Below, one piece after another: positions 36,936-49,770 of a stretch of DNA of 64,000 nucleotides (its first letter is position 1; each line of letters begins with the position of its first letter). The notes under the pieces are model-generated. The model saw only the letters and a list, made by a program, of their open reading frames with translations. It did not search any database and was not told where the DNA came from. Both the position numbers and the translations under genes were made by a program. The DNA is taken from the NCBI RefSeq assembly GCF_038025025.1, contig NW_027117340.1, forward strand, positions 2,232,001-2,296,000, given 5' to 3'. Source of the stretch: Phyllosticta citribraziliensis. Taxonomy: Eukaryota.

Positions 36936-39157
36936 TCACGCAGCCCCAAATTCAGCCCGCTCGGCCTCTTCAACCTCGTCCCTCCTCTGCTCCTCACTGT
37001 CACGTTCGTGCTCACCCGGCCGCTCTTCCCAGCCCTTCCAGCCAGTGCCCGCTTGCGCAAATACGACACCCACGCCGACCGCGACCGCGACCAAAAAGAG
37101 GCCCCTCAGAGCACCTTCGTAAGATGCCACTGCGACCTCTCGTTCCACACCCTGCAGCTTTCCAACCAACGCTGGACTGCCGACCAATCTCCTGATCAAC
37201 TCCCTGATACGCTCCTCTTTAGGATCGATACCGTGATTTTGGAAGCCCTCGTAGAGAAAGCTCGAGAGGAAGCGAGCAAAAATGCCGCCACCGGCCGCGG
37301 CACCAAACGAACCGGCAAAGCCACGAAAAGTTGCAAGGAGGGAGGTGACAATGAAGTGGGTGGCGGGCGGCGTGAGGTGCAAGGCGTGGACCAGAGTGTA
37401 GTTGACAACTGCGCCGGTGACTGCGCCGTTGATAAACGTCAGGACGACGTAGCCCGCCGCGGGAAAGGCAGCAGTGCCGCTCAACGCCATGGAGAGGAGA
37501 CTGATTGGAAAGAGCACAGTAAAGAAGAGGGACGGGAAGTAAAAGGAGCCCGCGCGGCGTATGTGCAGGGCGCCAACGGCCAAGCCGCCAATTGCGAAGC
37601 CCAAGTTTGTGGGAATGAGAATTGAGCCGGCAGCAGCGGGGGCCCAGAGTCGCACGCCTATGGCGTAGACAGGCGTGTAAAAGAGAACAGACCAGCGTGA
37701 CGCCATGAAGGTGACGGTGGCGAGGCAGGAGAGGAGTAGGCCTCGTGAGGAGAGCAGAGAGACGGGGATAATCGGGTCAGGAGAGACTCGGAGTTCGACG
37801 AAGGTAAACAGGGGAAGAAAGACCAAAAGAGAGACAAGAATGGGGATGGCTTTGATGCTGCGGCCTGAAAGCCCGAGCAGGAGAACGAAAATGGTGAGCG
37901 TCTGAGAGTAATCAGCATTGGCTACAACAAATGGGGCGTGTCAACTTACTAGAAGTACAGCTCCTAGATAATCTATCTGCATTAGCCTTTCACGCAAAGA
38001 TCGCGTGTCGTTCTTTGAAGCTCCAAGATGCGAGGGTATGCTCAAGAAGACGGCGATTCCGGCCAATATCAAAAGTGGCGTCTGTGGCCAAAACACTGCT
38101 CTCTTCGCAAGGCGTCAGTCACAGTGCAAGTCCAAACCGCTTCCGAACTTACCCATCCAAGTCTAGGTTCAATGACTCCACCTAGCACAGCTCCAAGAGA
38201 TACACCAGTGGTGATGATGGAATTGGTCACACCCAACAGCAGCCCACGGTGTTTCGCTCCGCCAACTTGAAGGACGATGATAATGGCAACTGAGGTGACG
38301 CCGGCTCCTGCAGAACCTGCGACCACTCGCCCCACGAGGAACCATTCCAAAGATCGTGAGAATGCAGCAATTAAGGATCCAAGTCCAAAGACGAGCGCCG
38401 AGACGAATATGCAGATGCGAGGAGAGAAGACCTGACTGAGTCGACCCATGAGAGGGGTGATGCTAGACATTGGGATCTTTCAGTTGTCAGTTGATATACA
38501 ACACATTACACGCTGTATTTGTAGCGGAAAGCACAGTTCTGGCACATGCGAAGATGACGACTTCAAAACATTTCCCGAATTCGCTGTTGGAAATTGAATG
38601 GAGCGGCAGTAGGATCAAAGATGGAGCATCATTTCCAAGACGTACCAGGTAAGCCGAAGTGAACCAGGTAGCCTCTTCAAATGCATCAAATTCTGCAGCA
38701 ATCGAGGATTGAGTGGTCGTGAGAAGGGAGAAATTGCAGGCTATGTCGTCATCAGCAGCTGGACTCGCATCAAACATGGAATTCCAGGCGAGCCAATAGA
38801 GGGGGATGTGTAACAACAACGCAGAAACTCAGAACCACTTGGATGGGATACGCGTGCCCCAACTTTGTGAAACCTTTCCCAAGGCATGGATGCTGTTCAT
38901 CGCGCTCTGCACTTTGTCTGGCTGAAGTCTGCGAATGGTCGCACCAGCACACCATGTCAATTGCACCGACCTTGAAGGAATATAATCATGCCAAGAGAGG
39001 CAACGATGGCCGCTCCTCGATAGACAGAGATGGTCTGCTCAGACCCGTGTTCGACATGCCGAGCCGATGATGTCGACGACTTGGAAGAATGTGATGACGG
39101 GGACCGAGGTGGTAGCAGGGGGGATGTTTCGCTGGAGGGGCCGTTTCTGACAGTCAT
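36936..39157 (-). CDS. Major facilitator superfamily transporter (DHA2/Vba-like)
   Basis: Exons 39157-38971, 38740-38646, 38476-38153, 38102-37950, 37901-36936. ETSPLL acidic-dileucine-type motif; WFTSAYL, GRLSQVFSPR, GRVVAGSAGAG, IDYLGA; many TM segments. Confidence 0.9.
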
Positions 39158-39570
39158 GTTGAAGGATGATGGGAGGTAGAGTGCGGAGAAGGGAGCGAGG
39201 GAGCCATGTGTTCCGCAGCCTCGGGGGAACCAAGATCAAAGTGGGAGAGTCAGCCATGTCTTTGATATGGGTCAGATAGTTGATTACAAAGGGAAGGCCG
39301 AACTCGTCGGGTGTGCCAGGTGCCGTGGGTGGAGTGCCTGAGGCCGGAGGCTAGCAGGGATCTTTCCGCGGTGAGGTGCCCTGTGCATCTTGCTTGGTGG
39401 CATCTTGACCAAGCTGCACTGTACCTCATCCAACCCACTTGATTTCCGCTCGCCACCAAGGCTTCTTCATGATACCCTTTTCCCCTTTACGTCATGTCGT
39501 GATTTCTCGCTCTCTTGCTCTCGTCTTCCTCTGGGACCTCTAAACCCTCGTCTTCCTTGTCTTGCGCGCA

Positions 39571-42288
39571 ATGACATACCGGTCTTGGCGGCTTTGGCCG
39601 CTGCTACGTGAGCTTCTCCTACACGATCTCCAAGACTTGCGAATCTGACACTCATTGACAGTAATCGCTCTCATTGTCGCAACCATCGCCATCGCCCAAG
39701 ACCATGCCCCCGAAGACCGCCATCAACACGCGCACAACCATGCCCCTCATCGACAACAAGTGCTGGCCGACGGGAGCTGGTCCAAGGTGTCGCACGACAC
39801 CCCGGTGAAGGGTAGGCACCACACCGTGGACAAATTCGTCGTCGCTGACCCGGGACCAGGTGTGCACGAGGTCGAGCAAGCAATAACACTCCTTCGCAAG
39901 ATTCGACCGTCGGGCAGTCGCCTAGCCACAATCGCAAAGCCAAACGGTGTCCTCGGCTCGACCGCGTACTATGCGAAGGAACTGTTCTTCCTCCTGTTCA
40001 TGAATGGACCTCCCAAGCAAGATCTTCTTTCCTCAGAAGGCCAGACAAGAAAACTAAGCCCACCACTGGCGGATGCCACTCGGCTTCTGGCTTCCGCTGC
40101 CGAGGAGGGAAACCCGGACGCCATTTTCCTCTTGGCCGAAATGAATTTCTATGGAAATTATACGCACCCGCGAAACTATCCAGAGGCATTCAAGAGATAT
40201 CATGAGCTTTCAAACCTGAACGGCAATGCTACAGCTCAACACATGCTTGGATTTATGTACGCTACAGGAATCGGAGGTGTTGTGGAAAAGGACCAGGCCA
40301 AAGCAATGCTCTACCACACGTTTGCAGCTGAGGGCGGGAATCTGAGATCTCAGATGACGATTGCCTACCATTACCACACCGGCATCGCTACTCCTCGGGA
40401 ATGCGAGCAGGCTGTGCATTGGTACAAAAAAGTTGCAGATCAGGCGGTAGAGTACATGCGCTCAGGACCACCTGGTGGATACGTCATGATGAAAGAGGGG
40501 TATAGGATTGCAGATGACGTTGGTGGTGTGTACGGAGAAGGCGCCAGCGTGAGCAGTGCAGGCCCAAATGCAAAAATCGGCGGGGCCACTTCTGATGCCC
40601 ATGCGGCTTTTGACGACGTGTTGGAGTATCTGGATCTAATGTCCCGGAAAGGCGACCTCAAGGCCACTTTTAGCCTGGGCAAACTACACTACGATGGAGG
40701 CAGGGAACTCAAACGGGACCTCAAAGCGGCGAAAGCATACTTTCTCGAAGTCGCTCGCGTCGTCTGGAACAAGGAGGGCAAGGTCAACAAAGATCTTCCT
40801 ACTGGCGCGGAAAGACTTGCATCCAAAGCGGCCGGATACCTTGGACGAATGTTTCTGAGGGGCGAGGGCATCGAGCAAAGCTTCTCCATTGCAAAAATCT
40901 GGTTTCAGCGCGGACTTACGCATGGGGACGCCCTTTGCCAGTATTCACTTGGTCTCATGTACCTGGAAGGCCTTGGAGTTTCGCAAGACGCTCTCAAAGC
41001 GGCAGACCTTCTAGCCGCAGCAGCAGACCAAGACCTGTCTGGCGCCCAGGTTCGTCTGGGAGCCCTTTTCCTGGACCAAGGAGATGTGGGAACGGCGAGC
41101 AAGTACTTTGATTTGGCGGCACGCAACGGCCATTTTGAAGCTTTCTACTATTTGGCCGAGCTGGCCCACAAGGGTATTGGAAGGGACACGTCGTGCAGCC
41201 TTGCTGTCGCGTATTACAAAATCGTGGCTGAAAAGGCTGAAGTCATCGTTTCCCCTGTCAGAGAAGCCAACGACGCATATGAAGCTGGCGACGTTGAAAC
41301 GGCTCTTGTCAACTTCATGATGGCCGCAGAACAAGGCTTCGAGACGGGACAGGCGAACGTTGCCTACCTCCTGGACCAGGCGCGACCACGGCCAGTGTGG
41401 AACTCGTTGCTCCCCAAGAGCCATGTGCCCCTCCTGGGAGACTCTTCACTGGCCCTGATTTATTGGACTCGGTCAGCCAAGCAGAGTAATATCGACTCAA
41501 TGGTCAAAATGGGAGACTACTATCTTGACGGACTTGGAACCTCTCCCGACCAGGACAAAGCAGCAGCGTGCTATCAAGCCGCCGCCGAAACGATGCAGAG
41601 CGCCCAGGCTCTTTGGAACTTGGGATGGATGCACGAGAACGGGGTTGGACTGGACCAGGACTACCACCTCGCGAAGCGTTTCTACGACCAGGCGCTTGAG
41701 ACCAACAGGGAGGCGTACCTCCCCGTGACTCTCGCTCTTTTGAAGCTCAGGGCAAGAAGCTGGTGGAATACGATCACGCACGGTCGCATCAACAGCATCC
41801 AGGACGAAGATGGTAAGTCTTGAGTATTTCTCGCCTTTGCTTTTGCATTTGGCGCCGCCGCCGTGGCCCTCAAGGCGCGCGTCTAATTGTCGTCAACAGA
41901 ACCTCGCAAACCTCGCTCTCTCGCAGAGTGGCTCACTGCATTCCTGGAGGCAGATGCGGCCGCATACTATGAACATTTCGAGCCAGATGATCTGGATGGC
42001 GAGAGAGGATACGACGATTACTATGACGAACTGGACGAAAGCATCCTGGAGACACTGCTCATTCTTGGCTTGGCGGGTGCACTAGCGGGCCTCGTTTGGT
42101 GGCGCAACCAGGCGGCGGAGAGAGCAAGGAGAAACAGAGAACAACAGCAGCAGCAGCAGCAACAGCAAGGAATGGACGCTGCCAACTTTGGAGATGTTGG
42201 GAACGGCGGAGCGCCGGATAGGGGATTATTCCCGCCGCCGGACGATCCGAACTTTAATGGGTGGGTTGTGGGTGGAGTAGGGCATTGA
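39571..42288 (+). CDS. HRD3: ERAD component Hrd3/SEL1L (Sel1-repeat type I membrane protein)
   Basis: Exons 39571-39607, 39662-41812, 41900-42288. Signal peptide, multiple Sel1 repeats (AQHMLGFMYATGIG; QALWNLGWMHENGVG), C-terminal TM, ending WVVGGVGH. Confidence 0.93.
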
Positions 42289-43248
42289 TGAAGGTGCATA
42301 GAAGGATACCTCTGTGTTCAGTTCCTTTTTTTATACATACAGATATTCCTGCAGCGGGTGCGCTAGAGAAAGTATCCGCTGGTGTCACCAATGATGGTGG
42401 ACCTTGACCAGCGTAGGCCCTTTGCTTGGCGCGTTGACGTTCCCCAAAAGCTTGTCTCGGAATGGTTCTTGAGCTTCTTTCAGCACGGTGGTTTTTAGCC
42501 GGCTCAGCTGCGGTGGCGACCTTGTGCCAAGATGGGGCTGTGAAATCAAATAGCTGCTTGAAGCAGGGCGTTGTTTGCACGGATGGCATAGCGCTAGGGA
42601 GGCACGTTTGATGTCTAGACCGCGAGGTAAGACGGGATCAGCTGGCATGTGGTGCGCTGTGCATGTCGACCCCAGCATGCAAACGAGACGGTAGAGCACA
42701 TGGTGGCCGAGTGGTCAGTCGTTGAATTTTGGTCCTGGTTCTGAAAAAGTCAAAGTCGACCAACCTGTGTTTACATTTCAAATGACAGCCAAGCTTTTTG
42801 ACCGTTCGTGTTTTCACCAAGACAAATGGCCAAGCTGTCGCTGGCATTGCGCCAGAGGAACAGGGGACCTGTACATTGTCGCCTGGCCAAACAGGAGCGA
42901 GGCAAACGCGCCGTGTAGTGTTTGGTCGCTACATGAGGTGCGGGTTAGTATGGTGGCCCGAAACGAACTAGGAAGCAGAACGCGGTAGGCAAGTGCAAAG
43001 GGAACCGCGCTGGAAAGAGGATGATGGACTTGGACTGCTCGACAAAAGGCGGCCAAGCAATTGAAGCAGCTAAGGTAGGTAAGCCAATGGTCGTGACCTG
43101 AAGCCTGTTTGCCTGTTCCAGCCAGTGGTCTCGTCTCCACCTGACTGCCCTGGTCAACGTGAGCTCAAATAGCAGCCAACCACCCACCTCACCCGCTCTG
43201 CTCGGGCTGATCCTCCTCCGCAAGCCTCGCCTCTCCTCAAGGACTCCA

Positions 43249-43692
43249 ATGGACTCTGAACAGCTCGAACAACATTACCGGCGCTACATCAGCCAACTCA
43301 ATGCAAAAAAGACCGACGACCTAGACCTCAACGACTATGTCCACGACGAGGTCACGCACAATGGCCGCCGCATGTCTCGCAGCGAATACGGCGCCATGAT
43401 CGCCTCGAGCATTACGGCCGCCCCAGACCTCTTCTTCGACGTCCACCTGCTCGTCGCCAACGACGACCAAGTCGCGGCCCGCATCAACTTCAACTGCACT
43501 CCCGTCGCCGAGCTCAACGGCAAAAAGCCCACGGGCGACAAGGTTGCCTTTTCGGAACACGCCTTTTACCAGTTCGAGGACGGCAAGATCCGCGAGGTTT
43601 GGGCTTTGTTCGACGAGCCTGCTCCGGTTGCGGCGGCGGCGGGAGCACCTCCACCGACAGCGACAGCAACTGCAACGGCGGCAGCAACATAG
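43249..43692 (+). CDS. SnoaL-like / ester cyclase (NTF2 fold) protein
   Basis: Intronless. YRRYISQLN..YVHDEVTHNG..PDLFFDVHLLVA..VAARINFNCTP..VAFSEHAFYQFEDGKIREVW is typical of the SnoaL-like polyketide cyclase family. Confidence 0.88.
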   Translation: MDSEQLEQHYRRYISQLNAKKTDDLDLNDYVHDEVTHNGRRMSRSEYGAMIASSITAAPDLFFDVHLLVANDDQVAARINFNCTPVAELNGKKPTGDKVAFSEHAFYQFEDGKIREVWALFDEPAPVAAAAGAPPPTATATATAAAT

Positions 43693-44239
43693 GCAGGCGG
43701 CGAGGGTGGTCCGGATGCTGAAATGGTGCAGAGTCAGCGCGGAAGGGTCCGCGGGTTAAGGTTGGCGGCAGCGGAGGAAGCGGTTAGCGGAGGGGTTTGG
43801 CGCAAGTCATCGTATCCATCACCCACATGGTTAGGTTGGTCAGCTAGCATCCGCCCGCATGACACGAAGCACAAAAGACATGGCCGTTTTCTACTTTGGG
43901 CCGAGGTCTTTAGGTCACTGGCGAGGCGTTCGGACGGGCACGTTCTCAATCCCATTTCTCTTTTGCACGCTAACTACACCGTGGTTGTCATGTGAGTGCT
44001 GGCTTGTGGAGATTCCGCTTCTCCCGGGGTTTGTCGTGATAACCAATGCCTGGTCCGCGGGTTTCCGTTGATGGAGACAGCTCGAGTTTGACTGCACCGC
44101 TGCTGAAACCAGGAAGCTCTGCTCAACAGTTGAGCCCTGGTCGTATATTGACCTCCAGCCCCGGCTCCACAAATACGCGCTGCCACCCGCCGTCCCTAAC
44201 TCGACGTCATTGCGTTTGGATCCAACCCACATCGTCAAC

Positions 44240-46202
44240 ATGTCTGGACAAGAAGAGAATGCCCCGTTTACCGAGCCCACCGCCTACAACTACCCCGAGC
44301 CCAAGGCGACGAACAAGCCATTTGAGCAGCCAGACGAGCCAAAGAATCCCGTCGTCCGCGGCCTCCCGCTGTACTATGGAGCCTCACTGTGAGCCGCGCC
44401 GCTGTCAAATCCTCCATCGACGCTGACTGACGACATTCTTGTAGGATCTCGTCGCTTGGCATCGTACAAGAATTCCTCTGGAAAAACACTGGCTTTGGCC
44501 GGTTGCGTGACAGCTCCGAGCTCAACGACGTTGAGCCGCGCTACAATCCCACCGTCATCCCCGTCCCCTCGACCAACGCATCCAACTCTCAACCCGCGAC
44601 GCCAGCCGACGCCCCGCGAGTCCCTGCCGCTGATGCCGACGGCCGCTTCTATACCGTTTACGACTACCACGAGGCGTACAAGACTGGCAAGGTCACCCCC
44701 ACTAGGGTGGCTGAAGTCTTGCTGCCTCTGATACGGCGGGACGTCGAAAAGCCCTCGGAGCACTCGAAGGCGTGGCTCGATGTGAGACCGGACTTGATAT
44801 TGGCGGCCGCCGCCGCGTCGACGCAGCGCTACAAAGAAGGCAAGCCGCTGGGTCTGCTTGATGGCGTGCCCGTGACTGTCAAGGACGAGGTTGACCTGGC
44901 TGGACACAGGAAGAGCATTGGCACAACCCACGACTATACAAACAAGGAGGGTGCAACGTCATTCTGCGTGACGCAATGGGAAGAGGAGGGAGCTGTCATT
45001 CTTGGGAAGTCGAGCATGCACGAGTGTACGAAGACCCCAGACAGATGCAACGTGGGAGCTAACCAGGACTTGCAGTGGGCTTGGACACGACGAACAACAA
45101 TCCCAACCACGGCACCCCTCTGAATCCCTACAACTCTCACTACTACACCGGTGGCTCGTCAGGGGGTTCAGGCTACGCTGTAGGCTCGGGCCTGATACCC
45201 TTAGCGCTGGGGGCTGACGGAGGAGGCTCCATCCGCATTCCGTCGCAATACTGCGGCATATTTGGCATCAAGACCAGCCATGGGAGAGTGTCGCTGCGTC
45301 CGACCAGCAGTCTAGCCAAAAGCACCGGCGTCATTGGGCCCATGGCAGCTAACATGGCAGACCTCGAAATCGGCTACCGCACGCTGGCGCAACCCGACCG
45401 CCTCAACCCAACCTCTGCGCGCTTCCCTCCGCCCCCGACCTCGATCAACCTGCGCGCCTCTCGCCCCAAGGTGCTCGGCATCTGCAAGCCATGGTTCGAC
45501 CGGGCCGACGCGCCCGTCAAGGAGCGTTGCAAAGCGGCGCTGGACCACCTCGTGCAAACGCAGGGCTACAGCGTCATCGACATCTCGCTGCCGAACCTGG
45601 CAGCGGGACAGTCGGCGCACGCGCTGACCATCCTGGCCGAGATCGGGTCCGGCACGCCGTCGCTGGCCGGGCTGACGGCGCCCAACAAGATCCTGCTGTC
45701 GGTGGGCGCGCACGCGTCCGGCATCGACTTCCTCGCCGCCCAGAAGCTGCGCAACCTGCTCATGCAGCACCTGGCGCACCTGTATCGCGCGCACCCGGGC
45801 CTGCTCGTCGTCACGCCCACGACGCCCAACGCCGGCTGGCACATCAGCGGCGGCGCCGCCGACCTCGCCTACGGCGTCTCCGACGGGAACCGCTCCATCC
45901 GCAGCATGGAGTACGTCTGGCTCGCCAACTTCACCGGCTGCCCGGCCATCCAGGCGCCCGTGGGCTACGCGGATCCCGCCGAGGGTGACGGCCCGGTCCC
46001 CGTTGGCCTCATGGCCATGGGGGAGTGGGGCGACGAGGAGACCTGCATCGCCTTTGGCTACGACGTCGAGGCGTGGTTGAACGGCGGCTTGAAGGGCGGC
46101 CGCCGCAGGCCCGACAAGTGGGTCGATGTGCTGGCGCTGGCTGTGGAGAAGATGGCCAGCGCCGAGGGCGAGGGCGATGGCGAAGTCTCGGGCAAGTTGT
46201 AG
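44240..46202 (+). CDS. Amidase signature family hydrolase (FAAH-like)
   Basis: Exons 44240-44388, 44445-45025, 45076-46202. Lys-cisSer-Ser motifs: LDGVPVTVKD, GGSSGGSG, GADGGGSIRIP. Confidence 0.93.
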
Positions 46203-47347
46203 GCTTTGACGTGCGTGCTGGAGGACTATAGTCCTTCATGGTGAGATTTTGGGTTTCGTCTTGGATGTGTGTTTAAGATTTACGAGTTATTTGGATGGAG
46301 GTATCTTTTTAGACATCTTCTCTTGCCCTTGACATTGGATATCAAGAATCATTTCAACAAATTTGTCCCTATTGGTGAAATAAAACATTGAAAACGACGT
46401 CGTCCACGAGGAACGATCCCGCGTAACCGAGAAGCAGAAAGCGAGTCAAACCACACCAGACACAGGATCAAGGTCTGACGGTTGAGCTATCGCTCGTCAA
46501 CCGCTCCAACAGTCTTCCTTCACGGCTCATTGTCGTCTGAGACAACAGGCAAAGCTGAGTTGTCGCACGGGATGGGATGGGCGAGTGCCTGAATGAATGT
46601 CTACCCATCAGCTCTTTGTCGGAAGGGCAGGCGCACACATGCGCAACAGAAGCATGAATGCAAGTTGGCGTGCATTTGTGAAGTCACAAAGGCTTCAAGT
46701 CTTGGCTGGCGAGCATGCCAATGGCTCGACGAGCAGGATAGGGATGTATTTGGTAGCAGTGCCATCGACGAGGTGAAAGGATTGCTCTTTGACTTGCGCA
46801 ATGCTCAAAGGGTGCGTGGAGAGAAAGGATCGCTCTGTGAAAACGACGAACGACTACAGGTCAGACAAAACCGGAGGACTCAAGACAGGGAAAGGAAAAG
46901 AACAAGTCGTCATTCAAGAGTCCGAGTTGGGTCAATATGGCGCAGCACGTGAAATCTGGATTGCTGCAAACTTTGGGTCTAGTTTTGGCTACCTACTTTC
47001 AAAAATCCTCGGACGCGCACCGCACTCCTTCTTGGACTGCTGTTGAGAAGCCGGGTCCAGTGAAAGAAGAAGCAGACGCGCGCAACTTGCCCCGGCTCGC
47101 GAAGCGAGAGAGGCAAGCCGAAGAAGAGTGGTAGGGAAAGAGTTCGACGGGGCCCGTGTGTTCGTGTCGCCTGCCTCGACCGTCTAATTTGAAAATCGCT
47201 AGCAATCAATCCCATCCATCGGACCGCTGCCTTCCTGTGATGTCGTAGCGGCCGGATGCTATCCCTGATATCATAGCATAAACCGCAAATCGGTCGTAAA
47301 AACTTCCGGCTCCTGTCCGCATGACAAGCCCCAGCCCATTAAGCGCT

Positions 47348-48279
47348 TTACAGGTCCGCGTCCTCCTCGTCGGGCAGAGGCATGTTGGAGGCAGCCTCCA
47401 TCTCCTTCTGGTACTGCTCGAGAACGGCCTGGTCGACCTGCACCTCGGGAGGAGCAAGGGCGGGAGCAGCGACGAACTCCTACGTCAAGGATTAGTAGTT
47501 TTCTAGGGAAGTGAATCAGAGGCACGTACGAGAGACTGGTTGCCGACGAGCTTCCTGGCGAGCCACAGGAAGGGCTTCTCGAAGTTGTAGTTGGACTTGG
47601 CCGAGATGTCGTAGTACTGGAGGTTCTTCTTGCGGTGGAACGTGATGGTCTTGGCCTTGACCTTGCGCTCCTTCACGTCAACCTTGTTGCCGCACAGAAC
47701 GATGGGGATGTTCTCGCAAACGCGGACGAGATCGCCTAACACCCGTCAGATTTTCTTTTCGTGGGCGTTTGGAACGGGATTCTTACGGTGCCAGTTGGGA
47801 ACGTTCTTGTAGGTGATGCGCGAGGTGACATCGAACATGATGATGCCGCACTGGCCATTGATGTAGTAGCCATCACGGAGACCACCGAACTTCTCCTGTC
47901 CAGCGGTGTCCCAGACGTCGAACTGGATGGCGCCAAGGTTCTATCGATCTTTGTGAGTGTGCGTTCGACGGCGAAGGTTATCGGGCGAGGGGGAAGCGTA
48001 CGGTGGTGAAGCCGAGAGGGTGAACCTCGACACCGAGCGTGGCAATGTACTTCTTCTCGAACTCTCCCGTCAAGTGGCGCTTGACGAAGGTAGTCTGCGG
48101 GGTGAGAGGTCAGTAATGATGGCGGTTAAAAAGCTTTGAAAGGCGGTCGCCAGATCATGACGCAACGGCGGCGTGAAGGGTGGCGCTCGGCGGGAGGAAA
48201 TTCTTGCACTTGCCTTTCCGGTACCGCCGTCACCAACAAGGACGAGCTTGAAGGTAGGGGGAGCTTGACCCTCGGCCAT
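47348..48279 (-). CDS. GSP1: Ran GTPase
   Basis: Exons 48279-48214, 48094-48002, 47940-47787, 47735-47530, 47479-47348. Motifs: [42 protein letters not shown]; acidic tail PDEEDADL. Confidence 0.98.
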
Positions 48280-48900
48280 GGTGTTTTGTGATCGATAGCG
48301 GGGATGTTGATGGTGGGTGTCGGTTGTTTGGACTGAGAAGGCGGGGTGGGTTAGTGTGGTTTTCTTCTTGGGCGCAGGCAGCCGGTCGGCTAAGCGAGCA
48401 TGAGGCGGGAGGTTGCAGGCTCACAGATGGGGAGGAGACGTTGGATGGGACCTCGGAGCGTCAAAGATGGTCGTGGGGCAAGAGGTCAGGGAGGAGTGGT
48501 TGTGTCTTGGTCGGAAGATTTCGAGTTGTTGTGAGGACGATCATCAGCCTTGGTTCTTGTCAGCTAGCGCTGTCGGCACGTGACTGGAAAATTCCGCCAA
48601 GCCCCAGACGGGACTCAGACGGGCGACAGTCACTGCTGTCACTGCTGTGTACCACGCTGTGAGTTGGCAAGTCAACAACATGAACCTAACCCAATCGTCA
48701 AGTCAAGGCAAGGCCTCCATCGTGTCGTGTCTTCCTTGATCAATCGCCCGCAGCGCCTACAAAACACCCATGCTTCCCAACGCCAGTTTTATGCCTGCCC
48801 ACCCATTCCTTCCACCCCGCTTGCGCCACGAAGCCCACGACCGCCACCCAACGCCATCCAATGCCCACGCATCGCCGCTCCACCGTCTACAAGTCCGTCC

Positions 48901-49770
48901 CTACAGCGGCAGCAAGTGGCAGCCCAGCAGCCCTCGTCCACCCCAGTTCCGCCTGGGAGTCAGCTGCAGGCTCATCGTCTCTGGAGTCGCTCCCTCTCGC
49001 GACACCTGCAACGTCAACGGGCGCTGCAACTTTGTCAGCTGTCCATGTCCATTCACCATCCGGTGTCTATCGAGCCTGCTTACCCCCTCGCTCTGCGATA
49101 CTGCCTCGGCCACTTTGCTCAGCTTCTCATGGTTCATCCAGTTCGCGCTCCCAAACTTGACAATCTTGTCGCCTGCCTTCAGCCCTGCAGCATCCGCGGG
49201 ACTGCCCGGAACGACGCTATTGACTTTGGCAAACGGAGCCTGGAGAGCAGCATCTTGGTCGGCTCTGGCCGCGGTCGATGTTCCTGCAGCACCCTGAGCA
49301 GCCGCTGCTTCTCTTGATGCGGCGTGGTGTGCGTGCAGGCCGATCTCAATCTTGTCCATCAACGCCTTGAGATCATTTTGAAGATGGATGATGCGCGCCC
49401 GCGTAATGCGCACTGGCGACAGCTACAAGTTAGAGCGGCGTCGGCCCTGGCACACGGGCTACCTACGCACCTTGGGCTACGTCAATGTCATCTCGCGGAT
49501 ATCCATCAAAGGTGGTCAGGCTCGTGCGCATGTTGACGCCGTGCTGCAGACGGCCATGGTCAGCTACCTATATACGGAGGGCTCGGGCGCGGAGGAAGAG
49601 AGGCGGCGCACCGAGTCTAGAACGGAACTTAGCGCTGACAGCTCGCCCTCGACGCGCTGCTTTTCCGCGATGAGGTCGCCAAGGGACAGATCCTGCGTCG
49701 ATAGTCCATTTGAGGCGCCGTTGGTCGAGGCCACGGCGGGCGTGTGAATGTCGTCCATCGGGAGACCCAT
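48901..49770 (-). CDS. NAS2: 26S proteasome base assembly chaperone Nas2/PSMD9 (PDZ)
   Basis: Exons 49770-49612, 49543-49471, 49412-49084, 49023-48901. HGVNMRTSLTTFDGYPRDDIDV, PDZ segment FAKVNSVVPGSPADAAGLKAGD, C-terminal WGGRGLLGCHL. Confidence 0.94.

Noticed and set aside
39487..39494. TTACGTCA upstream of HRD3 as an unfolded-protein-response element
   Set aside because: A single generic CRE-like 8-mer cannot be distinguished from chance without conservation data.
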